Origin: Octopus vulgaris
Taxonomy: Eukaryota
NCBI GenBank assembly: GCA_951406725.2
Contig: OX597832.1
Span: forward strand, 70,432,001 to 70,496,000
DNA: 64,000 nt
Reading direction: 5' to 3'
This document shows, in pieces, positions 11,497 to 33,608 of the stretch; within the stretch, counting starts at the first letter, position 1; every line of letters starts with the position of its first letter. Under the pieces are notes generated by a model. That model worked only from the letters and a program-made list of their open reading frames with translations, was not told the origin of the DNA and did no database searches. Both the position numbers and the translations under genes were made by a program.

Positions 11497-13374
11497 ATGA
11501 GGAAAGCTTATGCCAAGTTGTTGCCGCTGCTACTGCCATTAGCTGGATATATATTTTTGATGCACAGAGTTCCAAATACAGTCTGCAGTTGGGACAGCAG
11601 TAAACCCCAGGAACCGGGAGTTACTCTGAGTAAGCTGATGGCACGTTCTTCCGGTGGCGGTACTAATAGTGCTGCTGGAGGTGGTATAAGTGGTGGAGGT
11701 GTGAGTGGTGGTATCGTTATTGGTGTTGGTGGTGTTGGTGGAGGTGGTGGTGTTAGTGGTGGAGCTAGTTTCGGCCGTATCGGTCTAGGAGTTGACAGTG
11801 TTGGTGGTGGAGTTGCAGACGGTGGAGGAGGAGGAGGAGGAGGGGGAAGTGAAGGTGGTACTGTTGTTGTTGGTGCTGGTGCTGGTGATGGTGTTGGTGG
11901 TAGTGACGGTGGAGGAGTATACGGCAGTGACGCTGATGATGATGACGATGATGGTGGTGGTGGTGCTGGTGGTGGTGGCGGTGCTGGTGGTGGTGCTGGC
12001 CCAGGACGCGGACTGGCTGTGGCCGGTCAATTCGAGACAGGACAAGCAAAGCGGTGGGTGGGTGACGATGGTTTTGTCGGTGGCGGAGGCAGCAGCAGCA
12101 GGAAAAGAGAGAGAAAGGACGAAGCGGCTGGCGCCAATTCTTTTCGTTTTGCGCAGCAAGCAGCGGGCGGCGGCTCCTCAGTGGAGGACGAGCCTGACGC
12201 TGCGGGCGGCTTTCCACACGATCGTCGTTTACTGACCGGACAGCAACTAAAACCCCTGGACCTTGCGAAAATGTCGCCGAAATTCAGGCAGCTACATAAT
12301 TTTCAGCGACAACAAAGAGTCCAAGAACAACGACAACTTCAAGAGCAACTTCGCAGGAATCAATATAACAGGCAGCTACACCCTTCTCGGGCTCACGGTA
12401 CTCTTCCAAGCATCCATCCACACCAAGTGTTCCGTGAGTACATCTTTAATTGTTCCAATATACACGATATAAAAATCGTGCGGAAAGTCGGTCACGGAGT
12501 GTCGAAACAAACCTACTTGGGTACATTTCGAGGCATGAAAGTCGCCGTTAAAATGGTCACAAGACACGTATCCGACATTCAAAGTTGTTTAAAGAGATTT
12601 AAAGAACAAGGCGATAATACGAATTCTATGAAAATTCGCGAGAAATGTTTCGTTTTTCCGACAATGAAATTAATGAAAGAAATTTTGCTCTTGGAACAGT
12701 TAAGTCACCCGAATTTAATTAAATTACTCGGATTTTGCGTGCGCAGCGAAGAAACAGACACCACCGATCTTTCGGAACACGGTATAATTGCCGTTCACGA
12801 ATTTGGGGAACATTTTATGATTGATAATCTGCGCATTCTTCCTTGGCAGACGCGTTTAAAACACGCCCGGCAGCTAGTTTCGTTGTTACAGTATTTGGAA
12901 AACTCTCCCATAGGATCTTTACGCATTTCAGACTTCAAAGAAACTCATTTCCTTTTAGTCAACAACGACCGCATCAAAATGATAGATATGGATGACATCC
13001 ACAACATCGAACCGAAATGTTCCTCTTATAACCGACCCACGGTCGGAATGATTGCCAAAGATATGCAAGCACAGCTGGGGCGTGTGGAAAACGAATGCGA
13101 GTATTCCCTTCCCTGCCGAATGGCGCTCTGTCTCGGTTTTAACGCGAAATTCAATTTAGACCGAGCCAACGCTTTGTTTTTTAAGCGTTTGTTATTTCCC
13201 ACATCTTTCCCTTCCAATATAACTCGAAGACTTGAAGAATTAAATGTTGAGTTAGACACGTTATCAATAAGTACCTCGGATTTGTTACATGAACTGGAAT
13301 CTATCCAACTTATAGCCGACGAAATTCTAAAAAATATCAAGAGAAAAGTAAGAACTCGAGGTGCCAGGGGCTAA
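11497..13374 (+). CDS. PKDCC: PKDCC/VLK-like secretory-pathway (extracellular) tyrosine kinase, 625 aa, single coding exon
   Basis: The ORF is uninterrupted from ATG 11497. It has an N-terminal hydrophobic signal/anchor (LLPLLLPLAGYIFL) and a Gly-rich stem. The kinase domain has FNCSNI, GHGVSK, VAVK, KLMKEILLLEQLSHPNLIKLLGFC, YLENSPIGSLRISDFK, KMIDMDD..EPKC and C-terminal Cys, all typical of PKDCC. AATAAA follows the stop. Confidence 0.9.
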   Translation: MRKAYAKLLPLLLPLAGYIFLMHRVPNTVCSWDSSKPQEPGVTLSKLMARSSGGGTNSAAGGGISGGGVSGGIVIGVGGVGGGGGVSGGASFGRIGLGVDSVGGGVADGGGGGGGGGSEGGTVVVGAGAGDGVGGSDGGGVYGSDADDDDDDGGGGAGGGGGAGGGAGPGRGLAVAGQFETGQAKRWVGDDGFVGGGGSSSRKRERKDEAAGANSFRFAQQAAGGGSSVEDEPDAAGGFPHDRRLLTGQQLKPLDLAKMSPKFRQLHNFQRQQRVQEQRQLQEQLRRNQYNRQLHPSRAHGTLPSIHPHQVFREYIFNCSNIHDIKIVRKVGHGVSKQTYLGTFRGMKVAVKMVTRHVSDIQSCLKRFKEQGDNTNSMKIREKCFVFPTMKLMKEILLLEQLSHPNLIKLLGFCVRSEETDTTDLSEHGIIAVHEFGEHFMIDNLRILPWQTRLKHARQLVSLLQYLENSPIGSLRISDFKETHFLLVNNDRIKMIDMDDIHNIEPKCSSYNRPTVGMIAKDMQAQLGRVENECEYSLPCRMALCLGFNAKFNLDRANALFFKRLLFPTSFPSNITRRLEELNVELDTLSISTSDLLHELESIQLIADEILKNIKRKVRTRGARG

Positions 13375-13673
13375 AAAATAAATATAAATAAAAAAAGATA
13401 ATAGAACATATATATAAATGATAATTAAAAAAAAGAAGAAAAAAGAAAGCAATCAAAAATCATTTACTTTGTTTGGAATTATATTTTTTATTGTTGGCCA
13501 AAGTTAAAAAGAAAATTACAGGAGAAATAAAAGAAAAAATAACAACAACAAAACAAAACTTGATTTTGGAAGAAGAAATCAAATCATTTGAAGAAAATTT
13601 ACAACTTATGGAAAAAAGCGAAAGCAACAAAAAAAAAAAAAACACACACTCACGTTATTGAAATATGTTTGTA

Positions 13674-21129
<7,456 letters not shown>

Positions 21130-21520
21130 AGGAAAAAAGCAACAAGAATGGATCAATATATCGGTACAATTGTTTCGTACGAAGACATCTTTAATAAGGC
21201 TACAAAAATTGCAGTAAATATAGGTGACTCGTACTCATCAGCCGAAAAAACATCCGAGAATCCCAAACATCAAAGGGAGTAATGTTACACTCGTGAAACA
21301 TCATGGAAGGTTCTATAAAAATGAGATTTAGATAACAAATTGGTTTCTAAAAGTTCAATTAGTATTACACAGTCATATATCAGGTTTTTAAAAGAAAATT
21401 TTCAAAACCTCTTAGTTTTCCAGAAAGTGAAGATGAAAATGAGGGTGTGAGTTTATCCATATTGAAGAAAGTTTGATTCCTGGAGATCTGATGAGAGGTA
21501 TCGTACTCACACAATATGTG
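21130..21520 (-). mobile_element. ~390-bp non-coding element carrying a hammerhead ribozyme (retrozyme or Penelope pLTR-like)
   Basis: It is a unique-sequence island bounded by (TA)n on both sides, with a hammerhead ~35 nt from one end. The terminus GATCCATTCTTGTTGCTT is shared with 37538-37556. Confidence 0.7.
21161..21245 (-). ncRNA. Type I hammerhead ribozyme with canonical core
   Basis: Minus strand: UCGG-CUGAUGA-GUACGA-[46 nt, foldable]-UCGUAC-GAAA-CAAUUG-UA-CCGA. Helix I is UCGG/CCGA, helix II is GUACGA/UCGUAC and helix III is palindromic. Predicted cleavage is after GUA (21165/21164). Confidence 0.88.
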
Positions 21521-21577
21521 TTATATTATATATATATATTCGTATATTATATATATGTATATATATATATATATATA

Positions 21578-21976
21578 GGCGCAGGAGTGGCTGTGTGGTA
21601 AGTAGCTTGTTAACCAACTACATGGTTCCGGGTTCAGTCCCACTGCGTGGCATCTTGGACAAGTGTCTTCTGCTATAGCCCCGGGCGACCAATGCCTTGT
21701 GAGTGGATTTGGTAGACGGAAACTGAAAGAAGCCTGTCGTATATATGTATATATATATATGTATGTGTGTATGTGTTTGTGTGTCTGTGTTTGTCTCCCT
21801 AGCATTGCTTGACAACCGATGCTGGTGTCCCCGTCACATAGCGGTTCGGCAAAAGAGACCGATAGAATAAGTACTGGGCTTACAAAGAATAAGTCTCGGG
21901 GTCGATTTGCTCCACTAAAGGCGGTGCTCCAGCATGGCCGCAGTCAAATGACTGAAACAAGTAAAAGAGTAAAGAG
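21578..21976 (+). mobile_element. SINE family A, complete copy (tRNA-like head, internal microsatellite, CR1-like tail)
   Basis: It has A-box-like TGGCTGTGTGG and B-box-like GGTTCAGTCCC. The tail is GGCGGTGCTCCAGCATGGCCGCAGTCAAATGACTGAAAC plus (GTAAAAGA) repeats. It is nearly identical to 32862-33278 (-). Confidence 0.9.
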
Positions 21977-22049
21977 TATATATATATATTATATATATGT
22001 ATATATATATACATATATATATATTATATATATGTATGTATATATATAC

Positions 22050-22092
<43 letters not shown>

Positions 22093-22148
22093 TATATATA
22101 ATATATGTATATTATACATATATATACATATATACATCTATATATATG

Positions 22149-22183
<35 letters not shown>

Positions 22184-23102
22184 AATACTAAAATAGGACA
22201 AGAACGCAAAACATCCAGACAGGTGATATAAAAAAAGGGACTATATATGTACATACATAAATAAATATATGCACATATATGTATATGTAATGTATCTTAA
22301 AGTAATAGTTGTAAAGTACACTAAGATATGTCATATATTGGAAAGAGTAATACAGAACTCATACCATTGTTAGGAGTATAGAGATGTATTTATTATATAA
22401 AAACCTGACCGAATACATTGGATTTGTTGTTAATTTCTGCCCCACCCATCATGAAGTTTGCCTTATTTGATCTGATATAACATGATTTGAGTCCGAATGT
22501 GACCATCCCTACATTTCTATGTACACATATACACAAGCGTAACCATGTTGCACCAATGACTCTACTGTTTAAGCTGTCTAGAAGTGAATTTGTTTTTCCT
22601 CGATGTTTAGTCTAAGATGAATCCTGTTCAAGAAGATCTCTGATCAAAACAGGGAAAAGAGAATCACATTATCCGTTTGTCAGTTTTCCTCTTTTCGTAA
22701 GAGGACGAGCCGATACGGATGACTGTTATTCCAGACGTCTCATATCTAACATTGCAAATACTGCAAATTAATTTTTGTCATCCATAGTCGAAAACAACCA
22801 AGTATAAAACGTAGATGGGACTGCCAACTTTTGATACCATAAATACAGACACACATGGGCGCATGCGTGCGTGCGCGCACGCGCGTGTGTGTGCGTGTGA
22901 TTCGGGTGTGTTTGATCAGTTGTATTCACCAAAGTTCGTATTAGCGTTCGTTTACATTAATATATTCCCTGGAAGCTGAAGTATCCCTTCCTCTCTACAC
23001 CGAATATTCGGTAAACATGAAGATTTACAAGAGCAACTACTGCCAGGATGTCACCTGACGGGCTTTTTTACATGAGATGTAACACAGACATGCGCACACA
23101 CA

Positions 23103-23140
<38 letters not shown>

Positions 23141-24034
23141 CAAAGAACCACACACGCGCGCGCGTGCACGTTACACACGTGTACACACAAGCACACACAG
23201 GTGCCCGCATACACAGACACACACACATATTATACGTAATGATATTATATATATTATATTAATATGCTATATAATTTATTATATATATCTTGTGTATATA
23301 TATATATGAGTGTGTGTGTGTGTGTATGTATATATATATATGTGTGTGTGTGTGTATGAATGTATAACCACACACTCACAGACAGAACGAAGTGGGTAGT
23401 TTTTATTAAGAAAAATATTTAGCAGTTTTTCTCTGTGTATGTGAATGTAACTTGATTTCCATTATTTATTCATTGATTCCTTTGCAGAGTTAGATGTATG
23501 TAAAAGCTATTTTCAGAGAGGGAGGGAGAGAGAGGGAGAGGAGAGAGAGACTGGGGTGAAAGAGAGTGCAAACTATTTAGTTTTTAACTTCCAAATTTTC
23601 AAGCAAAACCATGACAGATTGTGTGTGGTAAAATATATTGTAATTGGGGAGGTTTATTGTGTAAATATAAAGACAAGCGCCAGTTGTAATTCACTTCATT
23701 GTCAAAAAGAAATGAATCATAAAACATGTTTTTGTCACCAAAAACAGAACTCACACATTACATTGTGCGTGAGCATGCACGTGTGTGTGGCTTCAAGAAG
23801 ATATGAGGGAATTCGACCGGAGGTACGAAGTGTTGGCGTAGAAATACGTAGCATGCGAGAAAGAATTAATATTTTGTTTGGACAGCACAACCACAGTTTC
23901 GTACAATTGAAAGCACTTGTTGCTCGATTGATTTTTAGCAGCATCCATGGCTTCTCTTAAGCTGGGAATGTACTCTTAAGGCATTTCCGATAGATTTGCG
24001 GAAACCTATGTGTCTTCATGTTTATATGTAGTTG

Positions 24035-24091
<57 letters not shown>

Positions 24092-24417
24092 ACGCGCTCA
24101 TACATGTATTTGGCTGACTACTTCTCTATTCACACGTGTATGATTTTATGTCAAGACAAATGAAAATATATTTACAACTATGCACCATGTACTCATAGAC
24201 AGATAGATTGAGAGGCATGTGTTTCTATGTGTCTATAGGTAAATTTATTTGAAAATAAACACAAAATACAATTGCATATAAGCATTCATTTATACATACA
24301 TACACATATACATACACACACGTGCGTCCCTCCACATATGTATATATATATACACACGAATTCTATGTATAATATATATATATATATATGCATGCATATA
24401 TGTGTATGTATGTATGT

Positions 24418-24546
<129 letters not shown>

Positions 24547-24593
24547 TAGGTAGATAGATAGATAGATAGATAGATAGATACATAGATAGATAC

Positions 24594-24685
<92 letters not shown>

Positions 24686-24924
24686 GTATTTCGCTTCCTC
24701 AGTATTGCCAGTGCTTCTTGCGGTCCGTAAATTATTACAGATTGCAAATCGCTTTAAGTTCCAAGAACCATGGAAGTGAAGAATCGCATTCGAATAAATA
24801 AATCCCAAGCATGACTTCTTCTTCCTCCAGTTTCCACATCGATCTATGCTTATGTGTTTGTAAATCTGTATAGACATAGGTTGGCACGATTATTCAAGAC
24901 TATATATATATATATACATATGTA

Positions 24925-24962
<38 letters not shown>

Positions 24963-25600
24963 GCACACACACACATACATACATGCATACACACATACGT
25001 ACAAACATACGAGCATACATACAAGCATACATACATACACACATACATACACACATTCATACACACATACATGCACACGCACACGCACACTGATACACAT
25101 ACACCACCACACGCTCTGACACCTGCGCCCCCTCCACATATGTATATATACACATGCATTCTATGTATAATATTCATATATCCATATATGTATATATCTA
25201 CACATAAACATATCCATACATGCATATACACATCCATACATACACACATCCATACATACACACCTGTATACAAACATACCTTAGTAATGCAGCCGTAGTC
25301 AAACTGTTTCCCACTTTAGCATTCCACCGTGGCACATTGAGTCACTTTTTGTGGAGTCCACTAAAAATGTTGGCTCATGATATCATTTTCGGAGGAAATA
25401 GTCGTGGGCTGTGCCATCCCTTTGCTGAAAATTAACAATAAAACGAATTAAAGCATGTAATGGCCCGAGAGCCAAGAGCCCGACATAAAAGAGAGGATTA
25501 TCGGTTAAACCGTAACAACTTGAGTGTGTGTATGCATGTATTATGTATGCATGTATGTGTGTGTGTGTGTGTGTATCGATACAGATAGATAGATAGATAC

Positions 25601-25731
<131 letters not shown>

Positions 25732-25732
25732 T

Positions 25733-25782
<50 letters not shown>

Positions 25783-26975
25783 CGCGTGAGAGTGTCGGTC
25801 ACATGTAAAGTACTTCATTAATTGTTTTTAGGTGACATGAGCAAAGTCCCCGACGGAGGAAGAAAACCCAAGAGTCACGATCGGAACACCTTTAATTATA
25901 TGTCTGCAGGATGAGACTTGAACTGGGGTGAACAACAGCAAGTACAAATAGTGGATGAAGGATAGAATGGCTAATATAGTCATAGCTGAACCATAGGTGA
26001 AACTAGCAAAGGATGGTCATATTTGGACACCATTCATTCTATATCCACTCGATTAGAGTTGATTCGGTACTTATGTCTTTTTGGAATGTTATGGGGGCTA
26101 AATTATAACTAACTGTTGGCGTGTTTATGGGGAGGTAGAGGATGGACACAAAGCGAACAATTGTAGCCGTCCTTCATTTCTCCCTCTACGGGCTTTCAAG
26201 AAAGATAACAACCTTTATTCGCCTTCATTCGGAGCCTTTAATCGGGATTAAACAGTAACAACTGAACACTCTCCATGATGTTAATTAGTCCCAGGTCAGC
26301 CCTGACTAACCATATGATAAGAGGCGTCCCAACTATGACCATCTCGACACTTTCCCTGGTACAGGCTGGCTAGAACCACATTATCCAACATGTCCTAATG
26401 TTCTAAGACTTTAGTGTGCGACGGAGAGAGATTTATGTTCTCTTTCCTTTTGGTAGAGTGAACATGTAAATGCTTTCTAGTTGACTTTTCAGCCGCCGTC
26501 GCCACATTAATGGCGTCACCATTATTATTTTTCATCATCATCATTTTCACAACCGCTCCTCTTTCGACCTCAGAATCTCCTGCCCGTGCACCTACGAATA
26601 ATTTACCCTTAATGGTATGACTATCATTCTTCTTTTACATTGCTGTTACTCTCAAACCATCTATAAATAATAAACTTTCTCCTTATTTGTTACTAAAGTC
26701 ACAAACGTGCTTAGGTCGGAACAAGATGTCTTATATCGCACTCATTCCCAGTGATCAAACCAAGGGGCAGACTTGCGTCACATATGTACACGTTGTTCAA
26801 TAAATCATTAAAAGAAGCAAGACGAAATCCCAGTCACAAATATGTATACGATTCTACTCTCACTGTTGAGTCTTTTCACCAGTTAAAGATGGGGTGTGAT
26901 TCTTAAACTTGCTTTAAAATGCTCAACTTTATACAACACACACACACATACATACATACATACATACATACATAC

Positions 26976-27036
<61 letters not shown>

Positions 27037-27104
27037 CATACATACATACATTTACATATATATCTATGCATATATACTTACAGATATGAATACATATATA
27101 TATA

Positions 27105-27267
27105 GTTTAAATTTACAGAAAAACAGAAGGCAAAGACAGGTGTACAAACGGCAAGCAGGTGTATTAGTTTGACTGTCGGGAAGGTGAGAAAGACTTTTAC
27201 GCCTCGAGCCTACGCTCTTCAGCAGAAAGGAACACGAGGAAATAAACAGAGAGAGAATAAAAAGAGA

Positions 27268-27270
<3 letters not shown>
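27105..27270 (-). repeat. Interspersed repeat with a degenerate minimal-hammerhead-like motif; second copy at ~31230-31360 (+)
   Basis: The minus strand has CTGCTGAA-GAGC-GTAG-GCTC-GAGG-CG-TA. The 31.2-kb copy keeps TCGAAACGTA but lacks the core. Flanks such as AAACTAATACAC...TACACCTGT are shared. Confidence 0.5.
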
Positions 27271-27313
<43 letters not shown>

Positions 27314-27417
27314 CAAATGAAATAAAAAAAAAAAACATTTGATACATATATCCTCTCACCTATGCTACTAGCTGGCATATACAGGCGCTTACATTTATCA
27401 AGTATTCACCCTGAATT

Positions 27418-28463
<1,046 letters not shown>

Positions 28464-28752
28464 CATATACATATATATATATATATCTATATGTATTGTT
28501 GTATTTAGGAATGGTCTGTGACGTCCTGTTTTTGTTATTATTATTGTTATTATTATTATCATTATTGTTTTTACGTATTTTCGTATTCTTATTCGTGTTA
28601 TCATTATTGTTTTTATGTATTTTTTGTATTCTTATTCCTGTAACATCGCCCGTTTTCCCGTCCTTGTTTTGTATACATTCGAGGCTTTCTTCCAAGGAAT
28701 CTAATGCGCTTGGCTTAGATTTTCCTTTGGGGTTGGCCAGGCCGGAGCAATC

Positions 28753-28894
28753 TCAAGATTAATCAGCCGAAATTGCGAGGATGATACGGTTCTTGACTGA
28801 AGATTGAAGGCTTTGAATGTCCCGTCCGTGTTTTTTGTATCGTCTTCTAAATGTTTTGCGTTCTTGTCCCAGTTTGTATTTTTTACATATACAT

Positions 28895-28965
<71 letters not shown>

Positions 28966-28995
28966 CATGTACATACACACGCATATATATATGTC

Positions 28996-29059
<64 letters not shown>

Positions 29060-29967
29060 AAATGTAAATGAATCTCCCTCGTTTAAACGATGAGTATTCG
29101 ATTGAAAGAGAACAAAAAACTTGTGTATTGATCTAAAGAATAAATGGTCGAGTATTCCACAGACATGTTGTACCATTGACATAATTCTCGACCAAGGCTA
29201 GTGTAGCTCAGAATGACAAGACTGAATTTTGACGACTGCAACACCAATCCATAGCAGACATTCCCCTACTAAAACCTGATATTTCACTGACAAACTTTAG
29301 ATTGATATAGTAAAAGATATTTGTCCGAATTATTTGGTGTTGGGGTCGGCTTTACGAAGTGAACTCCAAGGAAATCGGTTATATTAGTGGTGGGTAAACA
29401 CACACACTAATGCACAACCAATACACACGCATCGAAATGCACGCATTCATATGCACACATACACTCAACGTAGTCACGCACATATGCTGACACCCAACAA
29501 CCACAAAATACACACACACACACACACATACACACACAAGCACGCAGAACAGGCACACTCCCCCAAACAATAATATTCACACAGCTAGATCCGTTTTAAT
29601 TTGCTGGACTCTGCTTTGTAATTATCGTTTCGGCTCTCTGCACTCTGGGTTGAAATACCACAGTGGCAAATTTCACTTTTCGTCCTTAACTCCAAAAATA
29701 CAATGCCAGACCTGTATCGAGATCTTTGTCTAACTTCCGTTCTTTTTTAATTATTTCTGTGAGAGTACTTGGAAATGGATGAGCTCCAGCTGGTCTAGAA
29801 TCCTCAAGACACGTTGCATGCTTCAAGATTAATCAGCCGAAATTGCGAGGATGATCCGGTTCTTGACTGAAGATTGAAGGCTTCGAATGTCCCGTCCGTG
29901 TTTTTTGTATCGTCTTCTAAATGTTTTACGTTCTTGTCCCAGTTTGTATTTTTACATATACATATAC
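28753..29967. repeat. Near-identical ~145-bp direct repeat (28753-28898 and 29823-29967); short diverged inverted copy at ~22190-22240
   Basis: TCAAGATTAATCAGCCGAAATTGCGAGG...GTTCTTGTCCCAGTTTGTATTTTTACATATACATATAC occurs at both sites. Confidence 0.85.
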
Positions 29968-30160
29968 GGCTCCTCCAAGTCCTTAAGTTCCTTTGGTATG
30001 ACATGCTGTATGCTCAAATGCATAGTGATTTCGTAATGTGCGTCTGAAATTTAGCATCAACGAATATATACACAAGCGCACGCGCATATTCGCACTCTTA
30101 CATACAGACACAATCACATGAGTGCACTGTGCCATTTGTATATTCTTGTTGTTGTTGTTA

Positions 30161-30370
30161 AGGAGACGAGCTGGTAGAATCGTTAGTGCGACGAACAAAA
30201 TGTTTAGCGGCATTTCACCCATCTTAAAGTTCAATGATTCCGCCGAGGTCGGCTTTGCCTTTTATCTTTTCGGGGTCGACAAATTAAGTACCAGTTACAC
30301 ACTGAGGTCGATGTTATTGAATAATTATTACCCTCACCTGAAATTACTGACTTTGTACTAATATTTGAAT
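30161..30370 (+). mobile_element. SINE family B (Nin/Deu-domain-like core)
   Basis: GAGCTGGTAGAATCGTTAG...TTCCGCCGAGGTCGGCTTTGCCTTTTATCTTTTCGGGGTCGACAAATTAAGTACCAG; homologous to 46536-46740. Confidence 0.75.
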
Positions 30371-31669
30371 CCATTATTTTTATTACGATTATTGTCGTTG
30401 GTGTCGGCTTTTTTTTTCATTGTAATTTTGTTATGCCAATGTCGAATGTCGTTCCTCTGGATTTTTTTTTTTCCATTTCGAAAATAATGCATTTTGCTTG
30501 GTTTTACTGCTGAAGCCGGTGTGGTTGTTGTTGTTGTTCTTCTTCTTCTTCTTAAACCCCACATTAATCTCGAATCGATATCCCGATCATCATGTTCAAA
30601 CGGGTTGTTTAACTGTACACCCTGGTGACTATGACAGTAGCCACTATCTTTCCCAAGATTGTTGCATGTGATTCGAGGGATATTTTGTTTCTATTTCTAG
30701 GAGCCATTTTGAGTATGTCTGTTGATTTGTATCGTCGTTGTTACTGTTCTTATTTAACCCAAGCCAACGATGATGCAGCAGACATGATTAAAAGTGTACC
30801 AATCATGACTAACCTGTAGGGTCATCTGCTACTACGTTATTCTACGAGCTTTTTTCTAGTTTTCTTCACAGTTCATGACACATACGCAAACTCACATACA
30901 CAAACACACACATTTAGTATAATGATACACTTTTGAATTAAGTTACGAGTATGGCCGTATCATTACAAATTTTGATTCTCAGCCACGTGGTTCCGGCGGT
31001 GATTCCACAACTCGTCACTAAGAGAAGTTCGCCTATGATTCGCGATTGGATTTTGGTAGAGAAAAACCTCGTGGTAGCAAGTCTTCTAGATGTGCACTGC
31101 ATATGTCGTATACATGTACATTCATACTTTTATAAATATTAAGCTCTAAACTTTTAGCTACCAACATGTCATTTGCACACGCATATAAACACATTCATGT
31201 ATGTAAGTATTACTGAACTCAATACGTTTTTTCCATTCTCTCTCTATTTATTTCCTTTTATTCCTTTCTGTCGAAACGTAAAAGGCATTTCCATTTTTCC
31301 CGAGCGTTAAACTAATACACTTGCTTGTTGTTCCTACACCTGTTTTCGTCTTTGTTTTTCTTACATACACACATATACATGTATGTATGTATTTATGTGT
31401 GTTTTCTTTTGTTTTTGATTATTTGATACCTTCCTCTGGATTTTAACAAAGATACGAAGTGCTCTCATTGGAATGTAGATAACGAAAGCAAGATTACATT
31501 TTAATCCCGGGAAAAGTCATAGACATTAATACTATACCACTTCCAGATGGCATTTGGAATGTGACAATTAGCTGGTTGATGAGGCATTTACTAATAAAAC
31601 CCCGTTCATCAATTATTAGTGATATAAATGTGAATTTATAGTCTTAATACAGAGGGTGAGTTTTTCCAA

Positions 31670-32125
31670 TGTAGTTGTGCATAATTACCTTGTTTCTTTT
31701 TCATTTTTCCCGACATATTGACTTCAACAAGGCAGCTGATTTGTATGATGGTACATACTTTTCTTGTCTGTCCCAACAAACTCTATCTGACCTGTTATGT
31801 TTACACTTGGTAGATTTCTTTTTCTGGGAATGTTCCACTATTCCTTGTGTTTATCTCTGTCAATTACACGGGGATTCTCTATATTAATTCCAGGACAGTC
31901 TTTTTTCCGGATGACATTGTATATTGTTTTTGCAACCACGTCGTGCCCCGTAGGAAGGTAGTAACTTTGATGACATTTCTGGGCAGCTGATAATCAAACG
32001 TGTGATGTCTTCCACAGAAATATAACATAATCTACGTTTACAGTTGTATCTTAAAACTCCAAGGGCTCCATTGTCTCTTTTGTTGATTAAGTATTTAGCA
32101 GCAATCTCCTGTTCTTGCATAACGT
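31670..32125 (-). mobile_element. Degenerate R4/Dong-like RLE retrotransposon fragment
   Basis: The minus-strand peptides QEQEIAAKY...RLC..SVEDITRLIISCP and KCKHNRSDRVCWD resemble the CCHC and PD motifs at 60900-61290. Confidence 0.65.
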
Positions 32126-32327
32126 TTGGAGAGTGATATGATGTAACGGTCAATGTTACTTTTTCAAGTCTAGTTTTCTTTGCTTTTTTCTGTTTTCTTT
32201 TCTATCCTGAACAAGTGTGAAGTGAAGCAGTTTCATAGGCCTGAATAAAATGGACACTCATATATCAAGTAGTAAAGTAGGTTGTTGTTTATAATCGAGG
32301 ACCGAGGATACATTCATGCATATCGTC

Positions 32328-32712
32328 GCTGCATGGTAAGAGGTTTGCTTCCCAGCGACATGGTTCAGGGTTCAGTCCCACTGTATGGCATCTTAAGCAA
32401 GTATGTTCTACTGTAGCCTCGAACCAACCAAGGCCTTGTGAGTGGATTTGGCAAACGCAAACTGAAAAAAGCCTGTCGAATATATATATATGTGTATATA
32501 TTGTATGTGTGTTTATGTTTGTCCCCGACCACTGTTTGACGATCAGTGTTAGTGTGTTTCTTTGCCCGTAACTTAAAACTTTCTGCAAAAATGACCGATT
32601 GAATGAACACCAAACTTCAAAAATACTAAGTATAGGAATCATTTCATTCGACTAAAAATCTTCAAGGCGGTGCTCAGGCATGGCCGCAATCTAATGAATG
32701 AAACATGTAGCA
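32328..32712 (+). mobile_element. SINE family A, diverged copy
   Basis: Collinear with 21578-21976 but with many substitutions. Confidence 0.8.
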
Positions 32713-32734
32713 AACTGCTTTTTTCTTTCAATGC

Positions 32735-32847
<113 letters not shown>

Positions 32848-32861
32848 CACACACACATACT

Positions 32862-33070
32862 CTCTTTTACTCTTTTACTTGTTTCAGTCATTTGACAGCG
32901 GCCATGCTGGAGCACCGCCTTTAGTCGAGCAAATCGACCCCGGGACTTATTCTTTGTAAGCCCAGTACTTATTCTATCGGTCTCTTTTGCCGAACCGCTA
33001 TGTGACGGGGACGTAAACACACCAGCATCGGTTGTCAAGCAATGCTAGGGGGACAAACACAGACACACAA

Positions 33071-33108
<38 letters not shown>

Positions 33109-33278
33109 ATATATACGACAGGTTTCTTTCAGTTTCCGTCTACCAAATCAACTCACAAGGCAATGGTCGACCCGGGGCTATAGCAGAAGACACTTACCCA
33201 AGATGCCACGCAGTGGGACTGAACCCGGAACCATGTGGTTGGTTAGCAAGCTAATTACCACACAGCCACTCCTGCGTC
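32862..33278 (-). mobile_element. SINE family A, complete young copy
   Basis: The reverse complement is nearly identical to 21578-21976. Confidence 0.9.
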
Positions 33279-33292
33279 TATATATATATATA

Positions 33293-33465
33293 TTCTTTTA
33301 TTCTTTTATTTGTTTCAGTCATTTGACTGCGGCCATGCTGGAGCTCTGCCTATAGTCGAGAAAATCGACCCCAGGACTTATAGTTTGTAAGCCTAGTCTG
33401 TGTTTGCGGGGGCAAACACAGACAAACACACACACACACACACAAACACAAACACACACACACAA

Positions 33466-33500
<35 letters not shown>

Positions 33501-33520
33501 CACACAAAACACACACACAC

Positions 33521-33608
<88 letters not shown>

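Noticed and set aside
11765-12235. Overlapping His-, Thr- and Val-rich ORFs
   Set aside because: They are alternative-frame and antisense shadows of the (GGT)n-rich kinase exon.
21488-21512. Plus-strand CTGATGA followed by a GAG/CTC stem
   Set aside because: No GAAA or helix III follows, so it is not a complete hammerhead.
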